From contig JADEYG010000002.1 of assembly GCA_016906335.1 (NCBI GenBank), positions 1,054,001 to 1,118,000 of the forward strand: a stretch of 64,000 nt of DNA, written 5' to 3'. This document shows positions 12,558-22,428 of this stretch, piece by piece; position 1 is the first letter of the stretch, and each line of letters begins with the position of its first letter. Below the pieces are notes generated by a model. That model saw only the letters and a program-made list of their open reading frames with translations, was not told the origin of the DNA and made no database searches. This DNA is from Novakomyces olei (taxonomy: Eukaryota). A program made the position numbers and the translations under genes.

Positions 12558-13580
12558 TTGATACATTGTTTCAAGGAGAATAGGAACAAACCGGTCTTCA
12601 TATTGCATATAGCCGCAATGACGGGTGCCTTGCGCGAGGGACCCAGTTCGGAGTACAGCACTGGGCTTTTGCTGGCCAAAGTTACGGCTGACAGCTCAGA
12701 GGCAACAAGTTTTCGATCAATGCTTAATAGAGAAAAAGAGGTAGAGGCACAAGAGGAGCCAAATACGCGTCAGGGACCAGGGGCATTGGGTAGAGGAACA
12801 ACACGGCAAGAAACGCGCAAAGATCAAGACGGTAAATGGGACCAGATCATGGCAGAGTCTTTGAGCAAGTGGCCCTCTTCCCTGCCTCACCTTCATTGTC
12901 TTTACAAAGAAGAAAAATCAATTGCAACAGAGGCATCAAGTCCGATTGAGATGAGTCACGATAGCTTTGAAACGGAGAGCCCTCCATCGAGCCAAAGCAG
13001 TAGGTAAGTTCAAGAATCTAGAGTCCTTTTGGTCTAAATATGTGAATACAGACTGCGAGTGGGCCCACGCAAAAGAGGCTGTCGCGCCGGGAAAGCCATC
13101 CAGGCAAAGAAAAACAGAAAGGCAGAGGCGGCAGCGAGCTTTCCCAATCAACAGCAACCTGGAAGATTGGACAAGTATCCAAGCAAGGAGCTAGAGCAAG
13201 GCATGGGCAGAGCAAGACTTGAAGAGTCTGACATGATCCTGGTGTGGGAAAAGACAAGGCTTTCGGACGATTTACATGGTAGCAAGTTTGACTATTTCTA
13301 TCTAGCGGAGCTCTCACCTCACGAAGACGAGGCTCTGAGTCATGAAGAAAATGAATTGGCTTCATTTGGTTTCATTGGCGACTGGCGCCAGGAGCCAAGA
13401 GCAAAGCCTAAATCCTGGTCGATCTCGACTCCTTTCACTAGCAGAAACGAAGGTCTCAAAGAGTACAACCACACAGCAGGCTTTAGAGACGAGAAGCACA
13501 ATCACGAAGTACTGCAACACATAAAACTGCCTTGCTACAACAGCTCAAATTATAGAATACCGCAATCAAACCTGTTTTGA
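12558..13580 (+). CDS. Possible hypothetical protein (two same-strand ORFs, exon structure unresolved)
   Basis: ORFs 12558-13007 and 13059-13580 in moderately GC-rich sequence, with a GTAAGT donor-like site near 13004. No recognisable domain. Confidence 0.25.
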
Positions 13581-14008
13581 GCAACGTTGATGGAAAATCG
13601 GCTTTCATCAAAGACTAAAACATACCAAATAATGCTCGAGAGCGAGTTTTGGCTGCTGAATTATAAACGTTTATATGCATAGATTTCAAAACAAAGCAGT
13701 TCACAGATGTAAGCAAGCCGGTATTCCCCCGGGAATATATCTAGACAAGCTTGACAACTATTCCTTTTTACTAAGCAGCTCCTTGTCGGCGTTTACACGT
13801 TGGAAGACAAATTAAGAAAACCGCTTGAAGCCACTAAAACAGTGAGCAGTAGAGACAGAAAGGATCTAGCATATTTGCACGTAGACGAATAGAGCGAGCA
13901 AAGATTAAACATCATGAGAGCAAGCATCAAGTAGAATGACGGGCCACGTGAATGGGAACTAATTGAACGGGATTGTGGCAGGTTTATCGAGATCGTACTG
14001 ATATAATT

Positions 14009-14162
14009 TGTTGAACTTTTGTGTTAAATTTACTAATTCTAGCTACAACCTATATAAATAATTGTATGTGAGTATAGGCTTCATAAGCAATAGTGTGTAT
14101 AAGTTGCATAAATAATAATTAGGTTTGGCCCATATTTAGATGTATTTCAACATATTCCAACA
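14009..14162 (-). repeat. Copia 3' LTR (154 bp)
   Basis: Matches 37610-37763; adjacent PPT; TSD TAATT. Confidence 0.95.
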
Positions 14163-14226
14163 CACCCTCCCAGGCGGCGGGCACGGTAAGCCTGTATGCG
14201 CGGATCACGTGGTAAGGTTACTTACT

Positions 14227-17200
14227 TTATTCGCTCACTCCAACTAACTTTGTAAAGTTTTTAAACAGTAGCTTGCGGAGCGGTTTTGTAAGGCCGTCAG
14301 CTGCCATACGAGCGGTTGGTATGTACTTGATTTTTATTCTTTCTGACTCCGTTAGCTCACGGACAAAGTGCCATCGGATGGCTACGTGTTTTGTCCTTCG
14401 GTGAAATTGCGGGTTCTTGGCGAGGGCGATAGCGCCTTGGTTGTCCTCCAGGACAATCATAGGCAATCTGTCGTCCTCATTGTAGTTCAGTTCCAAGAGG
14501 AGCTGTTGGGCCCACAGCACCTCTTGGCCACTGATCGACAAGCCAACATACTCGGCCTCAGTGGAGGAGAGAGCCACTGTCGTTTGGAGAGTTGATCTCC
14601 ACGACACAGGTCCTCCACCGGCCAAGAGTATGAAACCAGAGCATGACCGTCTGGTGTCTGGGTCGCCTGCCCAGTCCGAGTCCGTATGGACCTTTAGGTC
14701 CATGTTGTCCTTGCTGAATCTATACTTGATACTGTAAGTTTTTGTTCCTTTTAGATATCTCAAGACTCTTTTGGCAGCAGTCAAGTGCTCTTCACTTGGC
14801 CGGTGCATATGTCGAGCCAGGGTGTTAACCGCGTAGGCTATGTCGGGTCGCGTCTGAGTCGACGCAAAGAGCAGCGAACCTATGAGTTGCTGGTACTGCG
14901 TTTGCATCTCTTTGGTCGGCTCTGACTCGGGCTGTCCACCAATGGCCTCTCTATCCTCGGCCATTGGGGTTTCGATGGCCTTGCAGTCCATCATTCCGAA
15001 GCGTTCAAGCATATTAGTGACATAGTGTTCTTGTTTAAGCTCTATGCTTCTATGCTTTCTGTCTCGTACAATTTGTATTCCGACGAAAAGGTTCGCCGGA
15101 CCGAGGTCCTTGGCTACGTAAGCCGTTTTAATTTCCTTTTTAATGTCAGCTAACTTTGATTCTGTAGCTGCGATGACCAGCAAATCGTCTGTATGGGCGA
15201 GAATTATTTCATTCTCGTCCCGGACGAATACTGAGTTATCGGATTTAAGGGGAATGAACCCAAGCTGCCTGAACATCTGGCGCAGACATTTGTACCACTC
15301 GCGTGGAGACTGTTTTAGTCCATACAATGTTTTGCGAAGCTTGCATACTTGGTCCTTTCCGGTTTCGAAGCCGACAGGTTGTTCGACGTACACTTCTTCT
15401 TGTACTTGTGCGTTCAGAAAAGCGGTTTCGAAGTCCATCTGGTCACATTCCAGATCTTTGAATGCGACAATGGCCAATACCATTCTCCACGTCGCGGTAT
15501 GTACTACAGGCGCAAAGGTCTCTTGGTAATCAATTCCTTCCTTTTGCAAATAACCTTTTACAACCCATCTTGCTTTGTATTTTTGCACATTGCCTTCTGT
15601 GTCTCTCTTTATTTTAAAGACCCATTTGCCTTTTAAGACGTGCTTGCCCTTTTCAATGTCGGACTTGTTCACTAACGTCCAGGTCTCGTTTTTGTCTAAC
15701 GACTTGAGTTCCGCATGGCAAGCTTCGGTCCATTCCCGAGCTTGTGGGGACTCGAGTGCCTCTCGGAGAGTCTGCGGCTCTATGTAAACTGCATGAGCAA
15801 CAGTAAGTAGAGACTTCTGCGTTTCGTTTAGACGTGCTGACCGACGCAGGCTCGGCACAGGTGCTTCACTAATTATTGTCAGTTGCTGTTCCGGCTCAGC
15901 GTGAGTGTTGTTAGCTTGCTCCGGCTCAGCGTGAGTGTTGCTAGCTTGTTGGATTTTTTCATTGTTTGATGAGTCCTCCTCACTCCTGTCCGCTGCTGTC
16001 GTTGTCGGCGGCCCTTCGGTGATAGTGACTTTATCACTGTCCTCACCCTCCGGCTGCTGCAACGGCAGCGGTGTCAGGAGTGGGGACAAGGCAGCATTTT
16101 CTTCATCAGGCACCTGAAAGTTTGGTGGGCTGCTGATGTTGTTGCCGGTGTAGTCATCGATGGTGTTTTCATCGAACCTGACGTGACTTGACCGTGTCGT
16201 TTGGCCGCTTGGCAGCTGGATTTTATAAATGGTATGGCTTTCGTAACCAACCAGCTTGCCAATCTGTGCACGACTGCCTAGTTTGTCGCTTTTGACACGT
16301 TTTTCATGTGGGATGTGGACATATACTCTGCATCCATACACTTTAATGTGGTCCACTCGTGGCAGTGTCCCATAAAGTGCTTCATGAGGTGTCATGTTCA
16401 GCGTTTTGGTGAATTGTACGTTGAGGAGATATGTAGCTGTCTCCATAGCTGCATACCACATGTCTTCCTTCAAACATCCTCCGATGCTGAGTGCCCTGGC
16501 CTTTTCACTTATTAGCCCGTTGCTACGCTCTGCCATTCCATTTTGCTCAGGCGTATATGGCACGGTGTTTTCAATTTTAACTCCCAGTGATGTAAGCCAG
16601 GGTTGAGCAGAGGTAAATTCAAGACCGCCGTCTGTGCGAATGGACTTTGGCATTGCCTTGAAGTAATTCTTGATGAATTCAGTCCAGAGCTTTATTGCCG
16701 AAAGAACTGAGCTAGCTGTTTTCGAGGTCAAAGGTATGATCCAGCGAAAACGACTGACTTCATCGGTCAAGATGATTACGTAGCGGTATCCGTCTCTGGA
16801 TATTTGGCTCATTGGACCCATTAAGTCCATGTAGACTCGGTCGAGCTTCTCGGTAGCTCGCTCCAGTGTCTGGCGATGTACTGTCCTGTGCGACTTGGAG
16901 AGTTCGCAGACTGTACATGCACCCTCCGGCTCTAATGCCGGGGCAATGTCCATGCCTATAACATGGTTTGCCGTCTGAGAGATTGTTTTGGCCGAAGCGT
17001 GACCATAACGCTTGTGCCAGACATTCTCTGTGGCTACGATAAGGGCTGTTGCTTCGTCTTTGGACTGGTTTTTGCTTGTCGGTTGACCAATACAATCCAA
17101 CATCCAGTGGCCCTTATAACTGATTAGTTTCGTAAGTACCTCATCTTCTCCTGCGTGTCTGACCAAAGGCCCTTCAGAGCGTATCTCAAAGTTCAGACCT

Positions 17201-17362
17201 CGCTCGACAAGTATTGTCATGGAGAGAAGATTGATGGGCAGAGCTGGCACATAAAGTACGTTGCCAAATGTGAGTTGCGTTACCACACCACTTGGCTTGC
17301 GCACATTGAGTGTGACGTTGCCAACTCCTAGGGCCGGAGTCTTGCCTGACCCCGTCTCCACC
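14227..17362 (-). CDS. Copia pol fragment (end of protease, GAG-pre-integrase, integrase, RT, RNase H)
   Basis: WHKRYGH..CTVC, VYMDLMGP, IRTDGGLEF, EQNGMAER, YKARWVVKG, LYGLKQSPREW, HTDDLL, TDSDWAG, EDNQGAI, TKHVAIRWHF. Confidence 0.95.
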
Positions 17363-17367
17363 CACTG

Positions 17368-17759
17368 TGTTACGGTGCGCTATATGAGGCGCTAGCTAGC
17401 GCTGAAGATAGCGCTTTTACATCCTTTAATTTGTTTTGTTTCACTTTATTTTGTGTTACGACTTCTATTTTTAATTAGTTCTATTTATAACTCTTAGCTT
17501 CTATTTTTAGATAGCAACTTAGTTAGTTTAATTAGTTTAGTTTGATTAGTTTCTCGGGCAAAGCCCCACGGAGCGTCATAAGAATGGGACACTCCCCTCT
17601 TATGTTCGCTACGTGTAATCAAATCTTGGTGTGCAATATTTTGGTTTTCTATTACTAGGTTCCCTACTTTCCACGTATCCTCAACAGAGCCAGCGTGAGA
17701 TCTGGCATATTCACCTTATTGCACCTTTACGACTTTTTGGAAGTAAAGCCCCCATAACA
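17368..17759 (+). repeat. Element A 5' LTR (392 bp)
   Basis: One of four copies in the window (17368, 23442, 28411 rc, 34482 rc). Confidence 0.95.
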
Positions 17760-17761
17760 GT

Positions 17762-17770
17762 ATTACACGT
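17762..17770 (+). promoter_or_regulatory. Self-priming (Tf1-type) primer binding site of element A
   Basis: ATTACACGT, 2 nt after the LTR, is the exact reverse complement of ACGTGTAAT at 17611-17619 inside the LTR. There is no TGG tRNA-type PBS. Confidence 0.75.
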
Positions 17771-17797
17771 CCACGATTCTGATTCGAGGATACAACG

Positions 17798-18811
17798 ATG
17801 TCGGCAGCGGATTTTGAGCAGTTGAATAGGTTTCTTGAGCAAACCACAGCGCGTTTGGAACGGCTGGAGAAAGAGAACCGCACTCTCGCTGACCAACTCG
17901 GTATCGCTAAGGGAACCGTGCAGGAACGAGGGTCGAAGGAGCCTAAAATGGCACCACCACCATTCTTTTCCGGCGAACGCTCGAAAACTGGTGAATTTTT
18001 GACCTGCGTGAGGATGATTATTGGCAGTCAACCAGATCGCTATCGCTCGGCGCGACAGCAAGTGATGTTTGCGGCGTCTTACCTTCGCGGAGCGGCTTTC
18101 AGATGGTTTGAGCCTCATGTGAGAAACGAAAATGAAGTTATTCTCGACGATTTTGATTGTTTTTGTGACACGCTCGAGAGGATGTTCGGAGACCGGGACG
18201 TCAAACGAACAGCAGAGCGAAGTATCCGTCTCTTGAGACAGAGAGGATCTGTATCTCAGTATGCGACTGAGTTTGAAAGATTGAAATCTTGGCTAACCTG
18301 GAACAATGATGCATTAGTTGCTCAGTTCTACGATGGGTTGAAAGAGAATATCAAAGATGAGTTGTCAAGGAGAGAAATGCCTGAACTTTTGGGCACCTTG
18401 ATTGATGAATGTGTGAAGATCGATGGCCGTTTGTTCGAGAGAAACAAGGCTAGACAGCGATTTAGTTACAGTGAAAGGGAGTATGCAAGACCTCTGCATT
18501 GTGGAAGTACACCGATGGAGATTGACAATCTGATGACAAGACGGATTGATGACGAAGAGACAAGCGTTAATTATGACGCTACCAAACGCCGATACTCGCG
18601 CCCGCAACAAACTGATACAAGAAACTATGGCGTTAAGTATGGCGCTATGGAGCGCAGTTCGAAGCCAAACCAGAGCAAGGACGTTACCTGCTATCGGTGC
18701 TACGAGAAGGGACATGTGTCCAAGAATTGCCAAGCGCCTTTTCCAAAGCAGTCGTTTACGAATGGAAATGTGCCAAGCAAGAAAGTACATGATTTAAAAG
18801 ATCGGACCTAG
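17798..18811 (+). CDS. Element A Gag
   Basis: Retrotrans_gag-like SYLRGAAFRWF, LRQRGSVSQYATEF, FYDGLKENIKDEL, PMEID, and zinc knuckle CYRCYEKGHVSKNC. Confidence 0.95.
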   Translation: MSAADFEQLNRFLEQTTARLERLEKENRTLADQLGIAKGTVQERGSKEPKMAPPPFFSGERSKTGEFLTCVRMIIGSQPDRYRSARQQVMFAASYLRGAAFRWFEPHVRNENEVILDDFDCFCDTLERMFGDRDVKRTAERSIRLLRQRGSVSQYATEFERLKSWLTWNNDALVAQFYDGLKENIKDELSRREMPELLGTLIDECVKIDGRLFERNKARQRFSYSEREYARPLHCGSTPMEIDNLMTRRIDDEETSVNYDATKRRYSRPQQTDTRNYGVKYGAMERSSKPNQSKDVTCYRCYEKGHVSKNCQAPFPKQSFTNGNVPSKKVHDLKDRT

Positions 18812-21800
18812 AGACCGAGGTGGTGTCGCTAGGTGGTATTGAGCGAAAGCCACCAGATAAGAAACTGTCAAGCGGAAAGCTTGAAGTGTTATGCAAATTT
18901 GAAGAAAAGGAATTGCACGCTTTGCTAGATAGCGGTGCAGACGCAAATTTTATACATCCAAGAGTGATATGGCGTCTAAAGATTGAGACAAAGAGACTAG
19001 AGAGTCCTATTTTTGTGAAAGTAGCCGATGGCCGAGCAATGGCATCTGGTCTAGTACGAAGAACGACCAAGGATATACCTATTGAAGTGCAAGGTATTAG
19101 GTCGACTGAGATTTTTTATGTGGCGCAAATTGGACACCATGATGCGATCTTAGGTATCCCATGGTTGACCAAGAACAATCCCAATATTGATTGGATTACA
19201 GGACGCCTGACGTTACGACAGCCTACGCTGGAATCTATTGAACTTAACAGTATAAACGAGATTATTCAAGACAGCGAGGATGACTGTCAGATTGGAAACG
19301 AGAAAATTGAATTGCCTCCAGAATATGAGGAGTTCAGAGATGTTTATGAAGAACCAAAGAACGACGTGCTACCACCGCATCGATCGTACGACCACGAGAT
19401 TGAACTACTGAAGGACGCAAAAATACCTTTTGGTCCCGTTTACAGTGTTAATCAGAAAGAACAAGAATACCTACGCGAGTACTTAAATGAGAACCTCGCG
19501 AAGGGATTTATTAAACGCTCTAAGTCACCGGCAGGAGCACCAGTGCTATTTGTGCCGAAGAAGAATGGAGAATTGAGATTATGTGTCGACTATCGGGGAC
19601 TGAATAATATTACTATCAAAAACAAGTATCCAATTCCCCGGATTGACGATTTGATCGACAAGCTAGCCGGAGCCAAGATCATGACAAAGATCGACTTGAG
19701 AGGTGCCTACAACTTGATAAGAATCAAAAAAGGTGATGAATGGAAAACAGCCTTTAGGACAAGATATGGCCACTTCGAATATCGCGTCATGCCCTTTGGA
19801 CTGACGAACGCACCCGCGACATTTCAAGCTCTCATGAACGATGTGTTTAGAGACTTGCTTGATTACAAAGTTTTAGTATATCTTGATGATATTCTAATAT
19901 TTTCAAAGGACAAAGAAACGCACGTGAAAGATGTTCAGGAAGTACTACGACGCCTAAGAGCCAACCAGTTGTATGCAAAAGGCGAAAAATGCGAGTTTCA
20001 TCGCACCAAAGTTGAATTTCTCGGCTTTATATTATCTACAGATGGAATATCAATGTGTGAAGAGAAACGAGATCCCATTCTGACTTGGGAAAGACCAAAA
20101 TCAGTCCACGATGTTCAAGTGTTTCTTGGATTTTGCAATTATTACCGAAGGTTTATCAAAGACTTTGCAAAGCTAGCGCTGCCGCTAACGCAGGCGCTAC
20201 GAAAGAATAAAACATTCGAATGGACTGAAAGGCAACAAGGAAGTTTCGATGACTTAAAGAGTTGTTTTAAGAAAGACGTTATGTTGCGACATTATGACCC
20301 GTCAATGGAATGTATCCTAGAGACAGACGCTTCAGACTTTGCGCTGGGCGCTGCTTTGACGCAAGGACCAGAAGACCACCGTCGACCTGTGGCATTTATC
20401 AGTAGGAAGCTCACACCGGCCGAAGTGAACTACGATATCCACGATAAGGAATTACTCGCAATTGTTTGGGCATTCAAAACCTGGAGACATTACCTCCAAG
20501 GTCACCCAAACCCAATAGTTGTCTACACGGATCATCGAAACCTACAAACATTCAGAACTACAAAGCAATTGTCTCGAAGACAAGCAAGATGGTCTGAGAT
20601 TCTGGCCGAATACGATTTTATTATAAGTTACCGAAAAGGAGCTGCTAATGGAGCCGCTGATGCCCTTAGTCGATGCTCCTCTCTAAACGATTTAAAGACT
20701 AATACATACGAACAAGAGCAAAACAGGATATTGCTCCCCGATGAGAAATTTACAGATACAAATTTGGAATTGAATGCGGCTGAGACGTTGGCCAACCAAT
20801 TGCCAGAAGGAGTTTTAAAGGACTTTGTACCAGAAGAAAACAGAAAGGAAGTCCTGGCCAACGCACACGATCACCCGCTAGCTGGGCATTTTGGTGTAGC
20901 TAAGACTTTGGCTCTTGTGCAAAGACACTATACTTGGCCTGGAGTTGTCAGAGACGTTACTGACTACGTGAAAGCTTGTACTACTTGCAAAAGAAACAAA
21001 GTGAGTCGCCAAAAGAAAACAGGATTGTTGAACCCTTTGCCTACTGCCTCACGACCATGGATTTCTGTGTCGCTCGATTTTATTGTCAAATTACCAGAGT
21101 CCCAAGGGTACGACAGTATTCTTGTTGTGGTGGATCGATTCTCAAAAATGGTTCATCTTATCGCCTGCAAGGAAACAATTGACGCAAAAAGTTTGGCTAA
21201 TTTGTTTCTTCGTGAAATTGTTCGACTACACGGTCTACCAGACGAAATTATATCAGACCGCGATCCAAGATTCGTCAGTAAATTTTGGACCTGCCTTACA
21301 GCGCAACTTGGCATAAAATTACACAAGTCTACGAGTCATCATCCACAGTCAGATGGACAAACAGAAAGGATGAATCAGACTTTGGAACAGTATTTGAGAT
21401 GCTACTTGAATTATTTACAAAACAACTGGATTCATTTGTTACCATTTGCCGAAATCGCAATGAACAACTCTACGAGTGCAACTACGAAAGCCTCGGCTTA
21501 TTTTACAAACTATGGATTTCAACCACGTTTTACGCTGACTCCTACAATATCGGAGAATCCCTCAGCGAACAGTGTCGTTCAGGACTGGAACGAACATTTT
21601 AAAAGAATTATGGAAATGATTACGAAAAACTCTGAAAACATGAAACGTTTTTACGACCGCAGAGTACGTCAGGGACCACAGTATCAATCTGGAGATTTAG
21701 TATGGATACGCAAGAAACACATCAGAAGCGATCGCCCCAGTGATAAATTTGATCACACTCATATAGGACCATTCAAAGTTCTCGAATCCGTTGGACGATC

Positions 21801-22140
21801 GGCTTACCGCATCGAATTACCGCACCACATAAAGATTCACAATGTGCTTAACGAGACTTTACTTGAGCCCTTTGTACCGGACCGATTCAACCGTGATCCA
21901 ACTGATCAGATCGTACCAGATGTCCTACAAGAAGTTAATGAATACGAAGTGGACTATATTGTTGATCACAAAGGAAGAGGCAAGAATATCCGTTACCTGG
22001 TTCACTGGAAAAACTACCCAGTGGAAGACCGAACATGGGAGCCATACACAAACCTCTCACAAGCACAAGGTGCTGTGTCCGACTATCATTCGCGACTTAC
22101 CGATAGCGTTAACACTCGCGCTACAGAGCGCCATATATAA
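18793..22140 (+). CDS. Element A Pol (protease, RT, RNase H, integrase, chromodomain), -1 frame relative to gag
   Basis: LLDSGA, LRLCVDYRGLN, YLDDILI, ETDASD, H..GH..CTTC, SLDFI, ISDRD, DGQTERMN, GPF, and chromodomain YEVDYIVDH..YLVHWKNY..TWEP. The frame is open from 18793. Confidence 0.96.
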   Translation, partial: FKRSDLETEVVSLGGIERKPPDKKLSSGKLEVLCKFEEKELHALLDSGADANFIHPRVIWRLKIETKRLESPIFVKVADGRAMASGLVRRTTKDIPIEVQGIRSTEIFYVAQIGHHDAILGIPWLTKNNPNIDWITGRLTLRQPTLESIELNSINEIIQDSEDDCQIGNEKIELPPEYEEFRDVYEEPKNDVLPPHRSYDHEIELLKDAKIPFGPVYSVNQKEQEYLREYLNENLAKGFIKRSKSPAGAPVLFVPKKNGELRLCVDYRGLNNITIKNKYPIPRIDDLIDKLAGAKIMTKIDLRGAYNLIRIKKGDEWKTAFRTRYGHFEYRVMPFGLTNAPATFQALMNDVFRDLLDYKVLVYLDDILIFSKDKETHVKDVQEVLRRLRANQLYAKGEKCEFHRTKVEFLGFILSTDGISMCEEKRDPILTWERPKSVHDVQVFLGFCNYYRRFIKDFAKLALPLTQALRKNKTFEWTERQQGSFDDLKSCFKKDVMLRHYDPSMECILETDASDFALGAALTQGPEDHRRPVAFISRKLTPAEVNYDIHDKELLAIVWAFKTWRHYLQGHPNPIVVYTDHRNLQTFRTTKQLSRRQARWSEILAEYDFIISYRKGAANGAADALSRCSSLNDLKTNTYEQEQNRILLPDEKFTDTNLELNAAETLANQLPEGVLKDFVPEENRKEVLANAHDHPLAGHFGVAKTLALVQRHYTWPGVVRDVTDYVKACTTCKRNKVSRQKKTGLLNPLPTASRPWISVSLDFIVKLPESQGYDSILVVVDRFSKMVHLIACKETIDAKSLANLFLREIVRLHGLPDEIISDRDPRFVSKFWTCLTAQLGIKLHKSTSHHPQSDGQTERMNQTLEQYLRCYLNYLQNNWIHLLPFAEIAMNNSTSATTKASAYFTNYGFQPRFTLTPTISENPSANSVVQDWNEHFKRIMEMITKNSENMKRFYDRRVRQGPQYQSGDLVWIRKKHIRSDRPSDKFDHTHIGPFKVLESVGRSAYRIELPHHIKIHNVLNETLLEPFVPDRFNRDPTDQIVPDVLQEVNEYEVDYIVDHKGRGKNIRYLVHWKNYPVEDRTWEPYTNLSQAQGAVSDYHSRLTDSVNTRATERHI

Positions 22141-22428
22141 CGCCCACTATTCTATTATTTTATTATTATTCTTATCCGCACTATTATTACTATTATTCTT
22201 ATCATCTCTTATTATGAGGATTATCATTTATTATGGAATTACTTAAATTCTTCTTACTATATGTTAGCGAAAATATACACAGCTTATATTTCGTTATAAC
22301 AGATTTAATATATTATTAACTATGGTGCTTGCAACATTACTTATTGTCCTTATCCTCTGGGCGGGATCTTCGTTAAAAATATTTTCACGGCGCTACACAC
22401 ACCGTTACAGAACCCAATATCTAACGCG

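Noticed and set aside
15887-15948. 30-bp tandem duplication (NTHAEPEQ x2) in copia pol
   Set aside because: Ordinary variation in the IN-RT linker.
21842-22246. 134-aa ORF with a hydrophobic tail overlapping the end of pol (also 29998-30402)
   Set aside because: No ATG start, and the hydrophobic tail comes from the (TTA)n spacer.
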